Source: an uncultured Acidobacteriota bacterium (GTDB taxonomy: Bacteria; Acidobacteriota; UBA6911). From it: a stretch of DNA of 64,000 nucleotides. The position numbers and the translations under genes were made by a program. The notes under the pieces were generated by a model, which ran no database searches, was not told the origin of the DNA, and saw only the letters and a list, made by a program, of their open reading frames with translations. Location of the stretch: assembly GCA_963809485.1 (NCBI GenBank), contig CAWEJX010000008.1:96001-160000 (forward strand). The letters run 5' to 3'. Positions 18,781 to 28,054 of the stretch are shown in pieces; within the stretch, counting starts at the first letter, position 1, and each line of letters begins with the position of its first letter.

Positions 18781-20856
18781 TTATCCTGAGGCAACGATAA
18801 GGTGAAATGCGGCGCCCTTCCCGCGCGCGGTCTCGATTTCCATCCGCCCCCCGATCAAGTCCAGCCTCTCCCGTATGCTGAATAATCCAAATCCGCCGCC
18901 CCCGGGAACTGGCGAAGGGATCGGAGGGGGATCAAACCCGCATCCCTGATCCGCTACCGTCACACGCATTTCCCCATCCCTGCAGGCTACCTGTATCTTC
19001 GCCGACTTCACTCCCGAATGCTTGACCACGTTAAAAAGCAGCTCCCGCACGGCCTCGAATAGAAGTATCCGCACTTCATCTCTGACACCACCGATTTCTC
19101 CGGATGCATCGACTTTTACAGAAAGGCTGTGTTTCTGCTTTGCCCATCGGCCGAGCCATTCCAGCGCAGGCACCAGTCCTGCGCCCTGGAGGATGGGCGG
19201 GCTGAGTTCAGCGGTCAACGATCTGGAAGCCTCGATACAGTCGTTTAAAATCTTGTCCAGATCGGAGGCAGCCTGGTTCAGCCGTTCACCCGACAGCTTT
19301 CCCAGGCTGGCAACGCGAAATTTGGCACCCACAAGGAGCTGTTGCATATGGTCATGGAGAATTTTTGCCAGCCGCTGCCTTTCCCGCTGCTCCGTCTGAG
19401 TTAATTCTATGGCAAGCGCCCGCAACTGAGCGGTACGCTGCTCCAGGTTCGCCGTACGCTCCCTAACCCGATCCTCCAGCTTCTCGTTGACGGACAGAAG
19501 CTTTTCGTTGGCGCGATGCAACGCAGCCTCGCTTTTGCGCAGCGCCTCCTCCGCCTGCCGGCGCTCCAGTTCGCCGGCAGCCCGGACGGCCACTACCTGC
19601 AGGATAGATGCAGCGAGTTGCGGATCCGCCAGCGGCTTCCGCCCGATGACGGCAATGAGCCCGATCGGTTTCCCCTGGGAACCCCACAGAGTTGTCCCGA
19701 CATAGCTCTCAGCCGGAATTTCCTGCAGCACCGCGTCCTTCGGGAACAGATTTCGAACATTGGAGGCAAAACAGCAAACCGTTTTTCCGACAACGTCTCC
19801 ACAGGGAGTATCCCTCAAGGTGTAAGAGACATTGTTTTCGAGTTTTCCGTCATAGCATACGGCGACAGTTTCGGCGGCTAAGAGGTCATCCTTAAGCCGG
19901 TCGATACAGACATAATCCATGCTCAGGCTGTCTGCCAGGTAACGCGCCAGGGCCTGGAAAAAATCCTCACGGCTCCGGCCGACGCCGCAATCCACAAGGA
20001 ATCTGAGCGCGTCGTCCACGCGCTTGTGCTCGGTAATGTCCATCGCCGCTCCACTGATACCCAGGATTTCACCCTGCCCGCTGCGCCATGGCTCAACGGT
20101 GATATCCCACCAGCTGGGCAAACCGTTGATAGGCGTGTTCACCTCCTTACGCGCGCCGACGCCGCTTTCCATGACACGCTGCTTTAATTCCGTTAAGGGT
20201 CCGGCGTATTCGGACGGCATCAGGTCGGCGTCCGTTTTGCCCACGATCATCTCCGGACTGTATTCGGGGTGCGGATTGTGGATCCATGTATACCGCAAAT
20301 CCCGGTCCTGCTGGAACACGGCAATCGGCTTATTCAGCAGCGCAAGGCGGAACCGGGCTTCACTTTCACGCAGGGCTTCATCTGCCCGTCGTCTTGCATC
20401 GGCCAGTTTAGCCTGGATTTCAGCCTTGGCAGCGCGGACTTTGGCGCGGTGCATGGCCTCACAAACCCATGTGATCATGGCTCCACCAGCAACAAAGACC
20501 GCGACAGCCAGCCAGTCCGACGGGTCATGGACAAAGATAAAGCGGTTCTCGGGATTATGCCAGAATACGGGAGTTGCCGCGGCTGCCAGAGCGGTGGCCA
20601 GGATGCCCGGGATGACACCGCCATAAAGCGCCGCAAAAATCACCGCAGGATAAAAGGTCACGTAGGGAGCGCGTGTGTCCAGGGAGCCCAACAAAGTGAT
20701 TCGCAGGAATACGCCAGCAGCCACCAGTAGAAATGCAACCACGCAGCCCAGCCATATTTTGGGGCGCGAATCAGCCATCTCGTGCTCATCGGTTTGGACC
20801 TGCCCAACCGAAGATTCCGGGGGAGCATTCGTGCTATCAGGTTTCTTGTCAATCAT
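18781..20856 (-). CDS. Sensor histidine kinase (DUF4118 TM-PAS-GAF-HisKA_3-HATPase)
   Basis: ERQRLAKILHDHMQQ, ELLFNVVKHS, DQGCGF, GFGLFSIRER. Confidence 0.9.
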   Translation of the reverse strand: MIDKKPDSTNAPPESSVGQVQTDEHEMADSRPKIWLGCVVAFLLVAAGVFLRITLLGSLDTRAPYVTFYPAVIFAALYGGVIPGILATALAAAATPVFWHNPENRFIFVHDPSDWLAVAVFVAGGAMITWVCEAMHRAKVRAAKAEIQAKLADARRRADEALRESEARFRLALLNKPIAVFQQDRDLRYTWIHNPHPEYSPEMIVGKTDADLMPSEYAGPLTELKQRVMESGVGARKEVNTPINGLPSWWDITVEPWRSGQGEILGISGAAMDITEHKRVDDALRFLVDCGVGRSREDFFQALARYLADSLSMDYVCIDRLKDDLLAAETVAVCYDGKLENNVSYTLRDTPCGDVVGKTVCCFASNVRNLFPKDAVLQEIPAESYVGTTLWGSQGKPIGLIAVIGRKPLADPQLAASILQVVAVRAAGELERRQAEEALRKSEAALHRANEKLLSVNEKLEDRVRERTANLEQRTAQLRALAIELTQTEQRERQRLAKILHDHMQQLLVGAKFRVASLGKLSGERLNQAASDLDKILNDCIEASRSLTAELSPPILQGAGLVPALEWLGRWAKQKHSLSVKVDASGEIGGVRDEVRILLFEAVRELLFNVVKHSGVKSAKIQVACRDGEMRVTVADQGCGFDPPPIPSPVPGGGGFGLFSIRERLDLIGGRMEIETARGKGAAFHLIVASG

Positions 20857-21075
20857 GCCCCCCCCATTTATTCATAGAAAAGGCCTTGGCAGACCGGCCT
20901 GGCCTGCCTATCCATGGCAATCCAGGCAGCAGTAAAGAAGGCCGCAGCTCCCGGGAATCCTGCAAATCCAATCCTATCTCAAAGGTCCTGCCCTTTCCCG
21001 GTTCCTATGATTTTACAGACTTGGGATCGCACGGTGCAATCCCCTAATCCCGGCCTCAAATCCTGAAGGATGGTA

Positions 21076-21261
21076 GTCAGGCTTGAAAGATTGGAACCGC
21101 TCAAAGCGGTTGGAGGAGTTACGCCGGTTTTGAATGCTGACTTACGCCGAACAAATCGGCGTATGTCAGCGCTTTTATCAGCGTTTCTCAGCGTCTCAAA
21201 ATAAGGAGCTGTCAAACTCTTTGAGCCTCCCGGCAGAGCCGGGGGGTTACCAGTGTAATTA
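21076..21261. mobile_element. Non-autonomous IS200/IS605-end element, type A (TCAGCG cargo)
   Basis: Near-identical to 52601-52795; AACCGCTCAAAGCGGTT hairpin and GTCAAAC..CCCGGCAGAGCCGGG end. Confidence 0.8.
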
Positions 21262-21348
21262 GGCTGCCGTCGATGAATACTTGGGTTCCGGAATGCCAGT
21301 GTTTTGGTTTAGAATTAAAGCGAATTCTACCAGTATCCAGGAGGCATC

Positions 21349-22218
21349 ATGAAAATATTGCTGAGGCTTGCAATCGCCGTTGGGTTGATTTTGTTTGTGA
21401 TGGGAGCAGGATTTTCCCAGCAACAGTCTGCAATCACTGCCGAGAAAATTGCGGAAAACATATACATCGTCAGGGGCGGAGTGGCAAACACGGGGTTTAT
21501 CGTCGGCGAAAAGGAAGTGGCTGCCATCGATGCCCAGATGACGGCTGACGCTGCGCAAAAGATGCTCGACGAGATCCGGAGAGTTACTTCAAAGCAGCTC
21601 ACGAAGGTGATTCTGACGCACAGCGATGGGGATCACGTCAACGGCCTGACAGGCTTTCCCCGCGGCCTTGAGATTCTGTCCAGCGTTCAGGCCAAAAATG
21701 AAATGGCGGAATCGATCAAGGAACCAAACTCGCAGGCGCTCGAACCATATCTGCCTACTCGCACCTTTGCGCAAAAAATGGATTTCGACATCGCGCCCGT
21801 ACACGTGCAATTGCTCTATTTCGGGCCGGCGCACACCAGCGGCGACATCGTCGTTTTTTTCCCGGGCAGCAAACTGGCGTTCGTCGGCGACCTCGTTTTT
21901 ATCGGGCGCGATCCCTTGATCCACCGTTCGAAGGGCGGCACATCCGGCGGCCTGATCAAGACGCTGAAATCGATCCTGGAACTCGAAGCCGACAAATATG
22001 TCCCGGGACACGGCAACCTATTGACCAAAATCGATATCGAGACCTGCCTGAAAAACCTTGAGGAGAAGCACGACAAAGTCCAATCCCTGGTGAAGGAAGG
22101 AAAGTCGCTGGCCGAGGTCAAAAAGGCATTCGGAATTCCTGATGCGCCGGCCAAGCCCGGCGGCATGAGTTTCCCAAGCCTCGTCGAGGTGATGTATCTC
22201 GAGATGTCGGCGAAATAG
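21349..22218 (+). CDS. Secreted MBL-fold metallo-hydrolase (cyclase-like)
   Basis: Signal peptide; THSDGDH, AHTSGD, VGDL, VPGHG. Confidence 0.85.
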   Translation: MKILLRLAIAVGLILFVMGAGFSQQQSAITAEKIAENIYIVRGGVANTGFIVGEKEVAAIDAQMTADAAQKMLDEIRRVTSKQLTKVILTHSDGDHVNGLTGFPRGLEILSSVQAKNEMAESIKEPNSQALEPYLPTRTFAQKMDFDIAPVHVQLLYFGPAHTSGDIVVFFPGSKLAFVGDLVFIGRDPLIHRSKGGTSGGLIKTLKSILELEADKYVPGHGNLLTKIDIETCLKNLEEKHDKVQSLVKEGKSLAEVKKAFGIPDAPAKPGGMSFPSLVEVMYLEMSAK

Positions 22219-22369
22219 GCCGCCGGTCGATAGACACGCCGGGCTCTCCACCTAATTGGTTTCTTTCGCGAAACTCGGGGTTTGCAGGGAAACCGGATTT
22301 TATAGCATCGATTGGATATTTGATATTACATAGAAGCCGGAAATTGGCGCCGGGCCGCATAGCGGCCAG

Positions 22370-22463
22370 TTGAATTTAGCCAGGCCTTTTAAGGCCTGGG
22401 TCTAGAAGGATTAGGTTTTCCGTTGCGTAGCGACGGCTGAATCTCAGGCGTCGCTACGCAGCG
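22370..22463. repeat. REP-like double hairpin
   Basis: CCAGGCCTTTTAAGGCCTGG and CGTTGCGTAGCGACG..CGTCGCTACGCAGCG stems. Confidence 0.7.
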
Positions 22464-22506
22464 CAAACCGGTTTCGCGACAGAAACTATTTAGAGGTTAC
22501 ACACCT

Positions 22507-23463
22507 TTGGAAAGGCAAATTACCGGGAAGGTCTACGATATACAGGGATTTTCATTGCAGGACGGGCCCGGGATAAGGACAACGGTTTTTTTAAAAGGAT
22601 GCCCCCTGCGCTGTCCCTGGTGTCACAGCCCCGAGTCTCAGCAGTTTTACGCGCAGCTGAGCTGGATTGCGATGCGGTGCGTCGGCATGGCCAAGTGCGG
22701 GAAGTGTCTCCCCGCATGCACCAAAGGAGCGATTTCCCGCGGCAAGGTGACCCGGCACGCGGCGACTCAGGAGGAAATCCAGCACATTCGCATCGATCGA
22801 TCCCTCTGCAATAATTGCGGCGATTGCGCATCGGTCTGTTATCCGAAATCGCTCTATATCTGCGGAACGGATTATACCGTCGAAGATCTGGTCAGCCGCG
22901 TGAGCAAAGACATGTCATTCTACGAAAACTCCGGCGGCGGAGTTACGGTTTCCGGCGGAGAACCCCTGTGCCAGCCCGAGTTCACTCTCGGGCTGCTCAA
23001 ACGCCTGAAGGAGCGCGGAATTCACACCGCGCTGGACACGACCGGCTTCGGCAAATACGAAGTGATTGAGCCCATGCTGCCCTACACGGATTTGTTCCTG
23101 TACGACCTGAAGCACATGGACAGCCATCAACACAAGGCGGCGACAGGCGTTGGCAACGAGCTGATCCTGGAAAATGCGCGCAAAATTGCGCAAGCAGGGG
23201 CCAAAATGCAGGTCCGAATACCTGTCATCCCGGATTTCAACGATTCGGAAGAGAGCATCCGGGAGATAGGAATGTTTTGCAAATCGCTCGGAAATGCGGT
23301 TGATGTCATACAGCTTCTTCCCTATCACAATCTGGGGGTTATGAAGTACCAGAGGATCGATGAAAGCGGAATCGTTCTGGAAGCCGATCCCCCCTCCGAT
23401 GAAACAATCGGCCGGTTGAAGAAGCTTCTGGAAGACCTGGATCTGCCCGTCACTGTTCATTGA
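22507..23463 (+). CDS. Glycyl-radical enzyme activating enzyme (radical SAM with ferredoxin insert)
   Basis: DGPGIRTTVFLKGCPLRCPWC, two extra Cys clusters, GGVTVSGGEP, LLPYH. Confidence 0.93.
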   Translation: MERQITGKVYDIQGFSLQDGPGIRTTVFLKGCPLRCPWCHSPESQQFYAQLSWIAMRCVGMAKCGKCLPACTKGAISRGKVTRHAATQEEIQHIRIDRSLCNNCGDCASVCYPKSLYICGTDYTVEDLVSRVSKDMSFYENSGGGVTVSGGEPLCQPEFTLGLLKRLKERGIHTALDTTGFGKYEVIEPMLPYTDLFLYDLKHMDSHQHKAATGVGNELILENARKIAQAGAKMQVRIPVIPDFNDSEESIREIGMFCKSLGNAVDVIQLLPYHNLGVMKYQRIDESGIVLEADPPSDETIGRLKKLLEDLDLPVTVH

Positions 23464-23756
23464 TCCGCAACCGGGCGGGGATACAATCACCAGAGTCCCC
23501 CTTTCCCCAACGCTGACTTCCAAAACGAGGACGAGGCAAGGAATTTGGGCCCTTTATTTAATGAAGCCAATAATTAGCCATTGTCATTATCTCTCATATT
23601 TCATCTTGAATTTGCCTTGTTTTAGGCCGAAAATTACCAATTTTATCCAAACCAAGTTTAATGTCTGTGTAGATCGGGATTGCTGCTTTTCCTGGAATTT
23701 TCTCCGCGCTTCAAGGAGAAAATACCCAGACTTCACTCGTTGAGGACAGACCGGAC

Positions 23757-25268
23757 ATGCCCAAGATTATCGACATCACCGAACTTATTCTACGCGATGC
23801 GCATCAGAGTGTAATGGCTACGCGCATGGCGACCGAAGACATGGCCCCCGCGTGCGCGGATATTGACCAGGCAGGCTTCTGGTCCGTCGAGTGTTGGGGC
23901 GGCGCGACGTTTGACTCCTGCATACGGTTTCTCAATGAGGATCCGTGGGAACGCCTGCGCACCTTTCGCAAGCTCATGCCCAATACGCGCCTGCAAATGC
24001 TGCTGCGCGGGCAGAACCTGCTCGGCTACCGCCACTATGAAGATACGGTGGTGGACCGCTTCGTCGAGAAGGCGGCGGAAAACGGCATCGACGTGTTCCG
24101 CATTTTCGACGCCTTGAACGACATTCGCAATGTCCAGCGCGCCATCGCGGCCGTAAAGCGGACCGGCAAACATGCCCAGGGCGCGATCTCCTATACCGTC
24201 AGCCCGCTGCACACCATCCGGGGTTTCGTGGAAATGGCGGAGAAACTCGCGGGGCTTGGCTGCGATTCCATCTGCATCAAGGACATGGCGGCCCTGCTCA
24301 AGCCCCAGCCGGCCTACGATCTCGTCAAGGCCATCAAGGAAGCCTGCGGCAAATCCATGCGCGTTCAGGTCCACGTGCACGCCACTACCGGTGTGACCAT
24401 GGTCAGCCTGATGAAGGCGATCGAGGCCGGCGCAGACGGCGTGGACACCGCAATCAGCTCGCTCAGCCTCGGCCCCGGCCACAATCCCACGGAAAGCCTG
24501 GTGGAAATGCTCGAAGGAACAGGCTTCGACACACGCATCGACAAAAAGCGTCTACTGAAGATCAAGAAACATTTCAACACCATCGGCCCCCGCTACAGGG
24601 AATTCCTCTCCAACATCACCGGCGTGGATACTGAAATTTTCGAAAGCCAGATTCCGGGCGGTATGCTCTCCAACATGGAAAGCCAGCTGAAGCAGCAGAA
24701 AGCCGCCGATCGCATGGACGAGGTGCTGGCCGAAGTGCCGAAAGTGCGCAAAATATCGGGATTCCCGCCGCTGGTCACACCTACGAGCCAGATCGTGGGA
24801 ACCCAGGCAGTCTTCAATGTGCTGATGGGGCCTTACAAGGTGATGACGGGGGAGTTCGCCGACCTGATGCTGGGCTACTACGGCGAAACCATCGGGCCCC
24901 GGGACCCGGAAGTGATCGAGCTTGCAAACAAACAGACCGGCAAGCCCCCGATCACGTGCCGGCCTGCGGATCTCCTCAAGCCGGAGTGGCAAGACCTGCG
25001 TGAAGCGGCGCTGGAATTGCCGGGCTGTAACGGCTCCGACGAGGACGTGCTCACCTTCGCCATGTTCCCGCAGGTGGCACCCAAATTCTTTTCTACCCGC
25101 AGCGAGGGTCCGAAAAACCTGGGCAAGGATCCCAACGCGCAGCCGGCCCCGTCTCAGAGTGCGCCCGGCTCATCCCAGGACAGCGGCAAGGGTCCCGTTC
25201 GCGCAACGATTACGTACGACGTCAAACTGGGCGGAAATACTCACAGGGTAACGGTTTCGCCGGCATAG
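23757..25268 (+). CDS. Methylmalonyl-CoA carboxytransferase (transcarboxylase) 5S subunit
   Basis: LRDAHQS, ECWGGATFD, IKDMA, HVHATTG; no C-terminal biotinyl domain; lies next to 12S and 1.3S genes. Confidence 0.88.
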   Translation: MPKIIDITELILRDAHQSVMATRMATEDMAPACADIDQAGFWSVECWGGATFDSCIRFLNEDPWERLRTFRKLMPNTRLQMLLRGQNLLGYRHYEDTVVDRFVEKAAENGIDVFRIFDALNDIRNVQRAIAAVKRTGKHAQGAISYTVSPLHTIRGFVEMAEKLAGLGCDSICIKDMAALLKPQPAYDLVKAIKEACGKSMRVQVHVHATTGVTMVSLMKAIEAGADGVDTAISSLSLGPGHNPTESLVEMLEGTGFDTRIDKKRLLKIKKHFNTIGPRYREFLSNITGVDTEIFESQIPGGMLSNMESQLKQQKAADRMDEVLAEVPKVRKISGFPPLVTPTSQIVGTQAVFNVLMGPYKVMTGEFADLMLGYYGETIGPRDPEVIELANKQTGKPPITCRPADLLKPEWQDLREAALELPGCNGSDEDVLTFAMFPQVAPKFFSTRSEGPKNLGKDPNAQPAPSQSAPGSSQDSGKGPVRATITYDVKLGGNTHRVTVSPA

Positions 25269-25284
25269 GTCAGGAGTTGAGAAG

Positions 25285-26838
25285 ATGGCTATTCATAGCA
25301 TGAAGGAAAAGATCAACGAGTTGCGCAAGCGGCGCGAACGCGCCATGCAGGGAGGCGGCGCCGACAAGCTGGAAAAACAGCGCGGCCAGGGAAAGCTGAC
25401 AGCCAGGGAGCGCATCGAAGTGATGGTCGACCCGGGCAGTTTCGAAGAAACCGGCTTGTTTGCCGAACATCGCGCCACGCTCTTCGGCATGGCCGGAAAA
25501 AACTTTCCGGCGGAGGGTGTGGTAACGGGCGCCGCATCCGTAGCCGGCCGTCTGGTGCATCTGGCCAGCCAGGACTTCACGGTTGCAGGCGGTTCAGCCG
25601 GAGAGGTCCATTCCATCAAGGTGGCCGAAATCATGGAGCAGTCCCTGAAGACGGGATCGCCCTTCATCTTCATCAATGATTCCGGCGGCGCGCGCGTTCA
25701 GGAAGGCATCGACTCGCTTTCCGGCTACGGCAAGGTTTTCTATACCAACGTGATGCTCTCGGGCGCGGTTCCCCAGGTCTCCCTTATCTGCGGCCCCTGC
25801 GCCGGCGGCGCTGCTTACAGCCCCGCCCTGACGGATTTTATTATCCAGACACGCCAGGCGCAGATGTTCATCACGGGCCCCCAGGTGATCAAGAGCGTAA
25901 CCGGCGAGAATGTAACCCAGGAGCAATTGGGCGGTCCCGAGCCTCACATGACCAAGTCGGGCGTAATTCACTTTATCGCCGAAGACGACCCTCACGCCGT
26001 CGCGCTGTGCCAGAAACTGCTGAGCTTCCTGCCGTCCAACAATCTGGAAGATCCGCCCCAGGTGGAGCCCGATCCAAATTACGAGGCCAATCCGGAGCTG
26101 GACGGCGTGGTGCCCACGGACACCAAGAAGGGTTATGATGTGCGCGATGTAATCCTGCGGGTGGTCGATTTTGCCGATTTCCTGGAAGTGCAATCCGGCT
26201 ATGCAACCAATATCGTCGTCGGCTTCGGACGAATCGCCGGACGGACCCTGGGCATCATCGCCAACCAGCCGTCGGTGCAGGCGGGCGTTCTCGACATCAA
26301 CGCCTCCAACAAGGCTTCCCGCTTCGTCCGCTTCTGCAACGCATTCAATGTGCCGTTGCTCACCTTCGTCGACGTGCCGGGTTTTCTGCCCGGAGTCCAG
26401 CAGGAACACAACGGCATCATCCGTCACGGCGCGAAACTGCTGTTTGCCTATTCCGCCGCCACCGTTCCCAAAATCACGGTGATCCTGCGCAAGAGCTACG
26501 GCGGCGCCTACCTGGCCATGTGCGGCAAGGACCTGGGCGCCGACCGCGTCTATGCCTGGCCGACGGCTGAGGTAGCCGTTATGGGAGCGGAGGGCGCCGC
26601 CGAGATTGTTTTCCGCAAGGAAATCGATGAAACGAAAGACAAGGCGGCCAAGCGAAAAGAGCTAATCGAAAAGTACCGCGAGGCTTTCTCGAATCCGTAT
26701 GTGGCCGCCGGCCGCCGTCTGGTGGACGCCATCATCGAGCCCTCCATGACCCGGCACCACATCGCCCAAGCCCTGGAATATCTGCATACCAAACGCGAGT
26801 TGCGGCCGGCCAAGAAACACGGCTTGATTCCGCTATAG
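25285..26838 (+). CDS. Transcarboxylase 12S subunit (acyl-CoA carboxyltransferase)
   Basis: GKLTARER, DSGGARVQEG, GPCAGGAAY, DVPGFLPG, KKHGLIPL. Confidence 0.9.
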   Translation: MAIHSMKEKINELRKRRERAMQGGGADKLEKQRGQGKLTARERIEVMVDPGSFEETGLFAEHRATLFGMAGKNFPAEGVVTGAASVAGRLVHLASQDFTVAGGSAGEVHSIKVAEIMEQSLKTGSPFIFINDSGGARVQEGIDSLSGYGKVFYTNVMLSGAVPQVSLICGPCAGGAAYSPALTDFIIQTRQAQMFITGPQVIKSVTGENVTQEQLGGPEPHMTKSGVIHFIAEDDPHAVALCQKLLSFLPSNNLEDPPQVEPDPNYEANPELDGVVPTDTKKGYDVRDVILRVVDFADFLEVQSGYATNIVVGFGRIAGRTLGIIANQPSVQAGVLDINASNKASRFVRFCNAFNVPLLTFVDVPGFLPGVQQEHNGIIRHGAKLLFAYSAATVPKITVILRKSYGGAYLAMCGKDLGADRVYAWPTAEVAVMGAEGAAEIVFRKEIDETKDKAAKRKELIEKYREAFSNPYVAAGRRLVDAIIEPSMTRHHIAQALEYLHTKRELRPAKKHGLIPL

Positions 26839-26853
26839 AGCGGAGGTGAAACC

Positions 26854-27192
26854 ATGCCAAGAACGACAATGAAGGAGCTGGCGGAAATCCTGGAACGGAT
26901 TCAGGCGCAGATTGCAGCCCTATCGGAACGAGTGGAGAAACTGGAAACGGCATCGATTCCTTCACCGGCTGTCGAAAGCGCCCTCACCGGCGCCCCGGCG
27001 CCCGAACCGGAAAAGGCGAGCGAACCCGCGCAGCCCGAAATTACGGAAGAGGAGCTGATCGCCATTTCGGCGGCGCTGGGTGCGTACCTGGGCGTGCGCA
27101 TTCGTATCAAACAGATTCGCTTGCTCAGCTCGCATGCCTGGGCACAGCAGGGGCGTGTGTCCATTCAGGCGTCCCACAACCTGCACAATTAG
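26854..27192 (+). CDS. Small transcarboxylase-associated protein (epsilon-like)
   Basis: GGAGG RBS; coiled-coil, Pro/Ala linker, AISAA..WAQQGR tail. Confidence 0.75.
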   Translation: MPRTTMKELAEILERIQAQIAALSERVEKLETASIPSPAVESALTGAPAPEPEKASEPAQPEITEEELIAISAALGAYLGVRIRIKQIRLLSSHAWAQQGRVSIQASHNLHN

Positions 27193-27200
27193 GAGTCGCC

Positions 27201-27587
27201 GTGAAACTGAACATTACCATTAATCAAAAAACATACGAGGTGGATGTCGAAGCGGTTGAACCCACGGCTGCCTCCCCGCTGATGCGGGGGTTACCAATGG
27301 GATCCGCGCCGGTGCGAGTTCCCGCCGCTCCTGCCCCCAGCCAGCCCGCCGGCGAGGATAAGCCGGTGAACGAAAGCAAGGTTTGCCGCAGCCCGGTTTC
27401 CGGGATCGTAATACGTGTTGCGGCCCAGGTGGGGCAGAGCCTGCAGACCGGCGACGTACTGCTGGTGCTGGAGGCAATGAAGATGGAAACCAATATTACG
27501 GCACCCGGTCCTGGTAAGATAGCTGCCATCCCGGTGAACGAAGGTGACAGTGTTCAGTCGGGCCAGGTGGTGGTGGAGCTTGAATGA
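27201..27587 (+). CDS. Biotin carboxyl carrier (transcarboxylase 1.3S subunit)
   Basis: EAMKM biotinylation motif. Confidence 0.93.
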   Translation: MKLNITINQKTYEVDVEAVEPTAASPLMRGLPMGSAPVRVPAAPAPSQPAGEDKPVNESKVCRSPVSGIVIRVAAQVGQSLQTGDVLLVLEAMKMETNITAPGPGKIAAIPVNEGDSVQSGQVVVELE

Positions 27588-28054
27588 TGACTTCACAACT
27601 GGAAAAGGTACCCGGATTTCTTTTTTTTGATCACGTGGCCATTTCGGTTAAACCCGGAGAACTGGAAGCGCACGTCAAGGCCTACCGGGCCATGGGTTTT
27701 AGTGAAATGCACCGCGAAGATGTTCTCGGCACCGACCAGGTGCGGGAAGTTCTGCTCCAGATCGGCGACGGCCCGAACCTGATTCAGCTGATAGAGCCGC
27801 TGACGCCGGAATCGCCGGTGGCGAAACAGATTGAGAAGAATGGCGGGCGTGGCGGGCTGGCGCACGTAGCGCTGCGCGTAGCCGACATTCAAAAGGCGTT
27901 CGATTACCTGGGCCAAAACGGATTCAAGCTGATCGACAAATCGCCGCGCAAGGGATCCCGGGGTACGATGGTCTTCTTCATCCACCCCAAGGCCACCGAG
28001 ACGGCTGCATTCGGCTACCTGATAGAAGTGGTGCAGGAGGGATCGCATGCCTGA
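27584..28054 (+). CDS. mce: Methylmalonyl-CoA epimerase
   Basis: VOC fold (DHVAI, GLAHVAL, FFIHPK, LIEVVQ) and operon context. Confidence 0.88.
   Translation: MMTSQLEKVPGFLFFDHVAISVKPGELEAHVKAYRAMGFSEMHREDVLGTDQVREVLLQIGDGPNLIQLIEPLTPESPVAKQIEKNGGRGGLAHVALRVADIQKAFDYLGQNGFKLIDKSPRKGSRGTMVFFIHPKATETAAFGYLIEVVQEGSHA

Noticed and set aside
20979-21215. Repeated ORF MTAPYFETLR.. (also 52444-52749; related ORF at 54769-54999)
   Set aside because: The similarity comes from the type A DNA repeat; the flanking parts are unrelated, there is no transposase motif, and other copies lack the frame
23757-27587. Na+-pumping oxaloacetate or methylmalonyl-CoA decarboxylase
   Set aside because: No membrane beta subunit, and the small ORF has no N-terminal TM anchor
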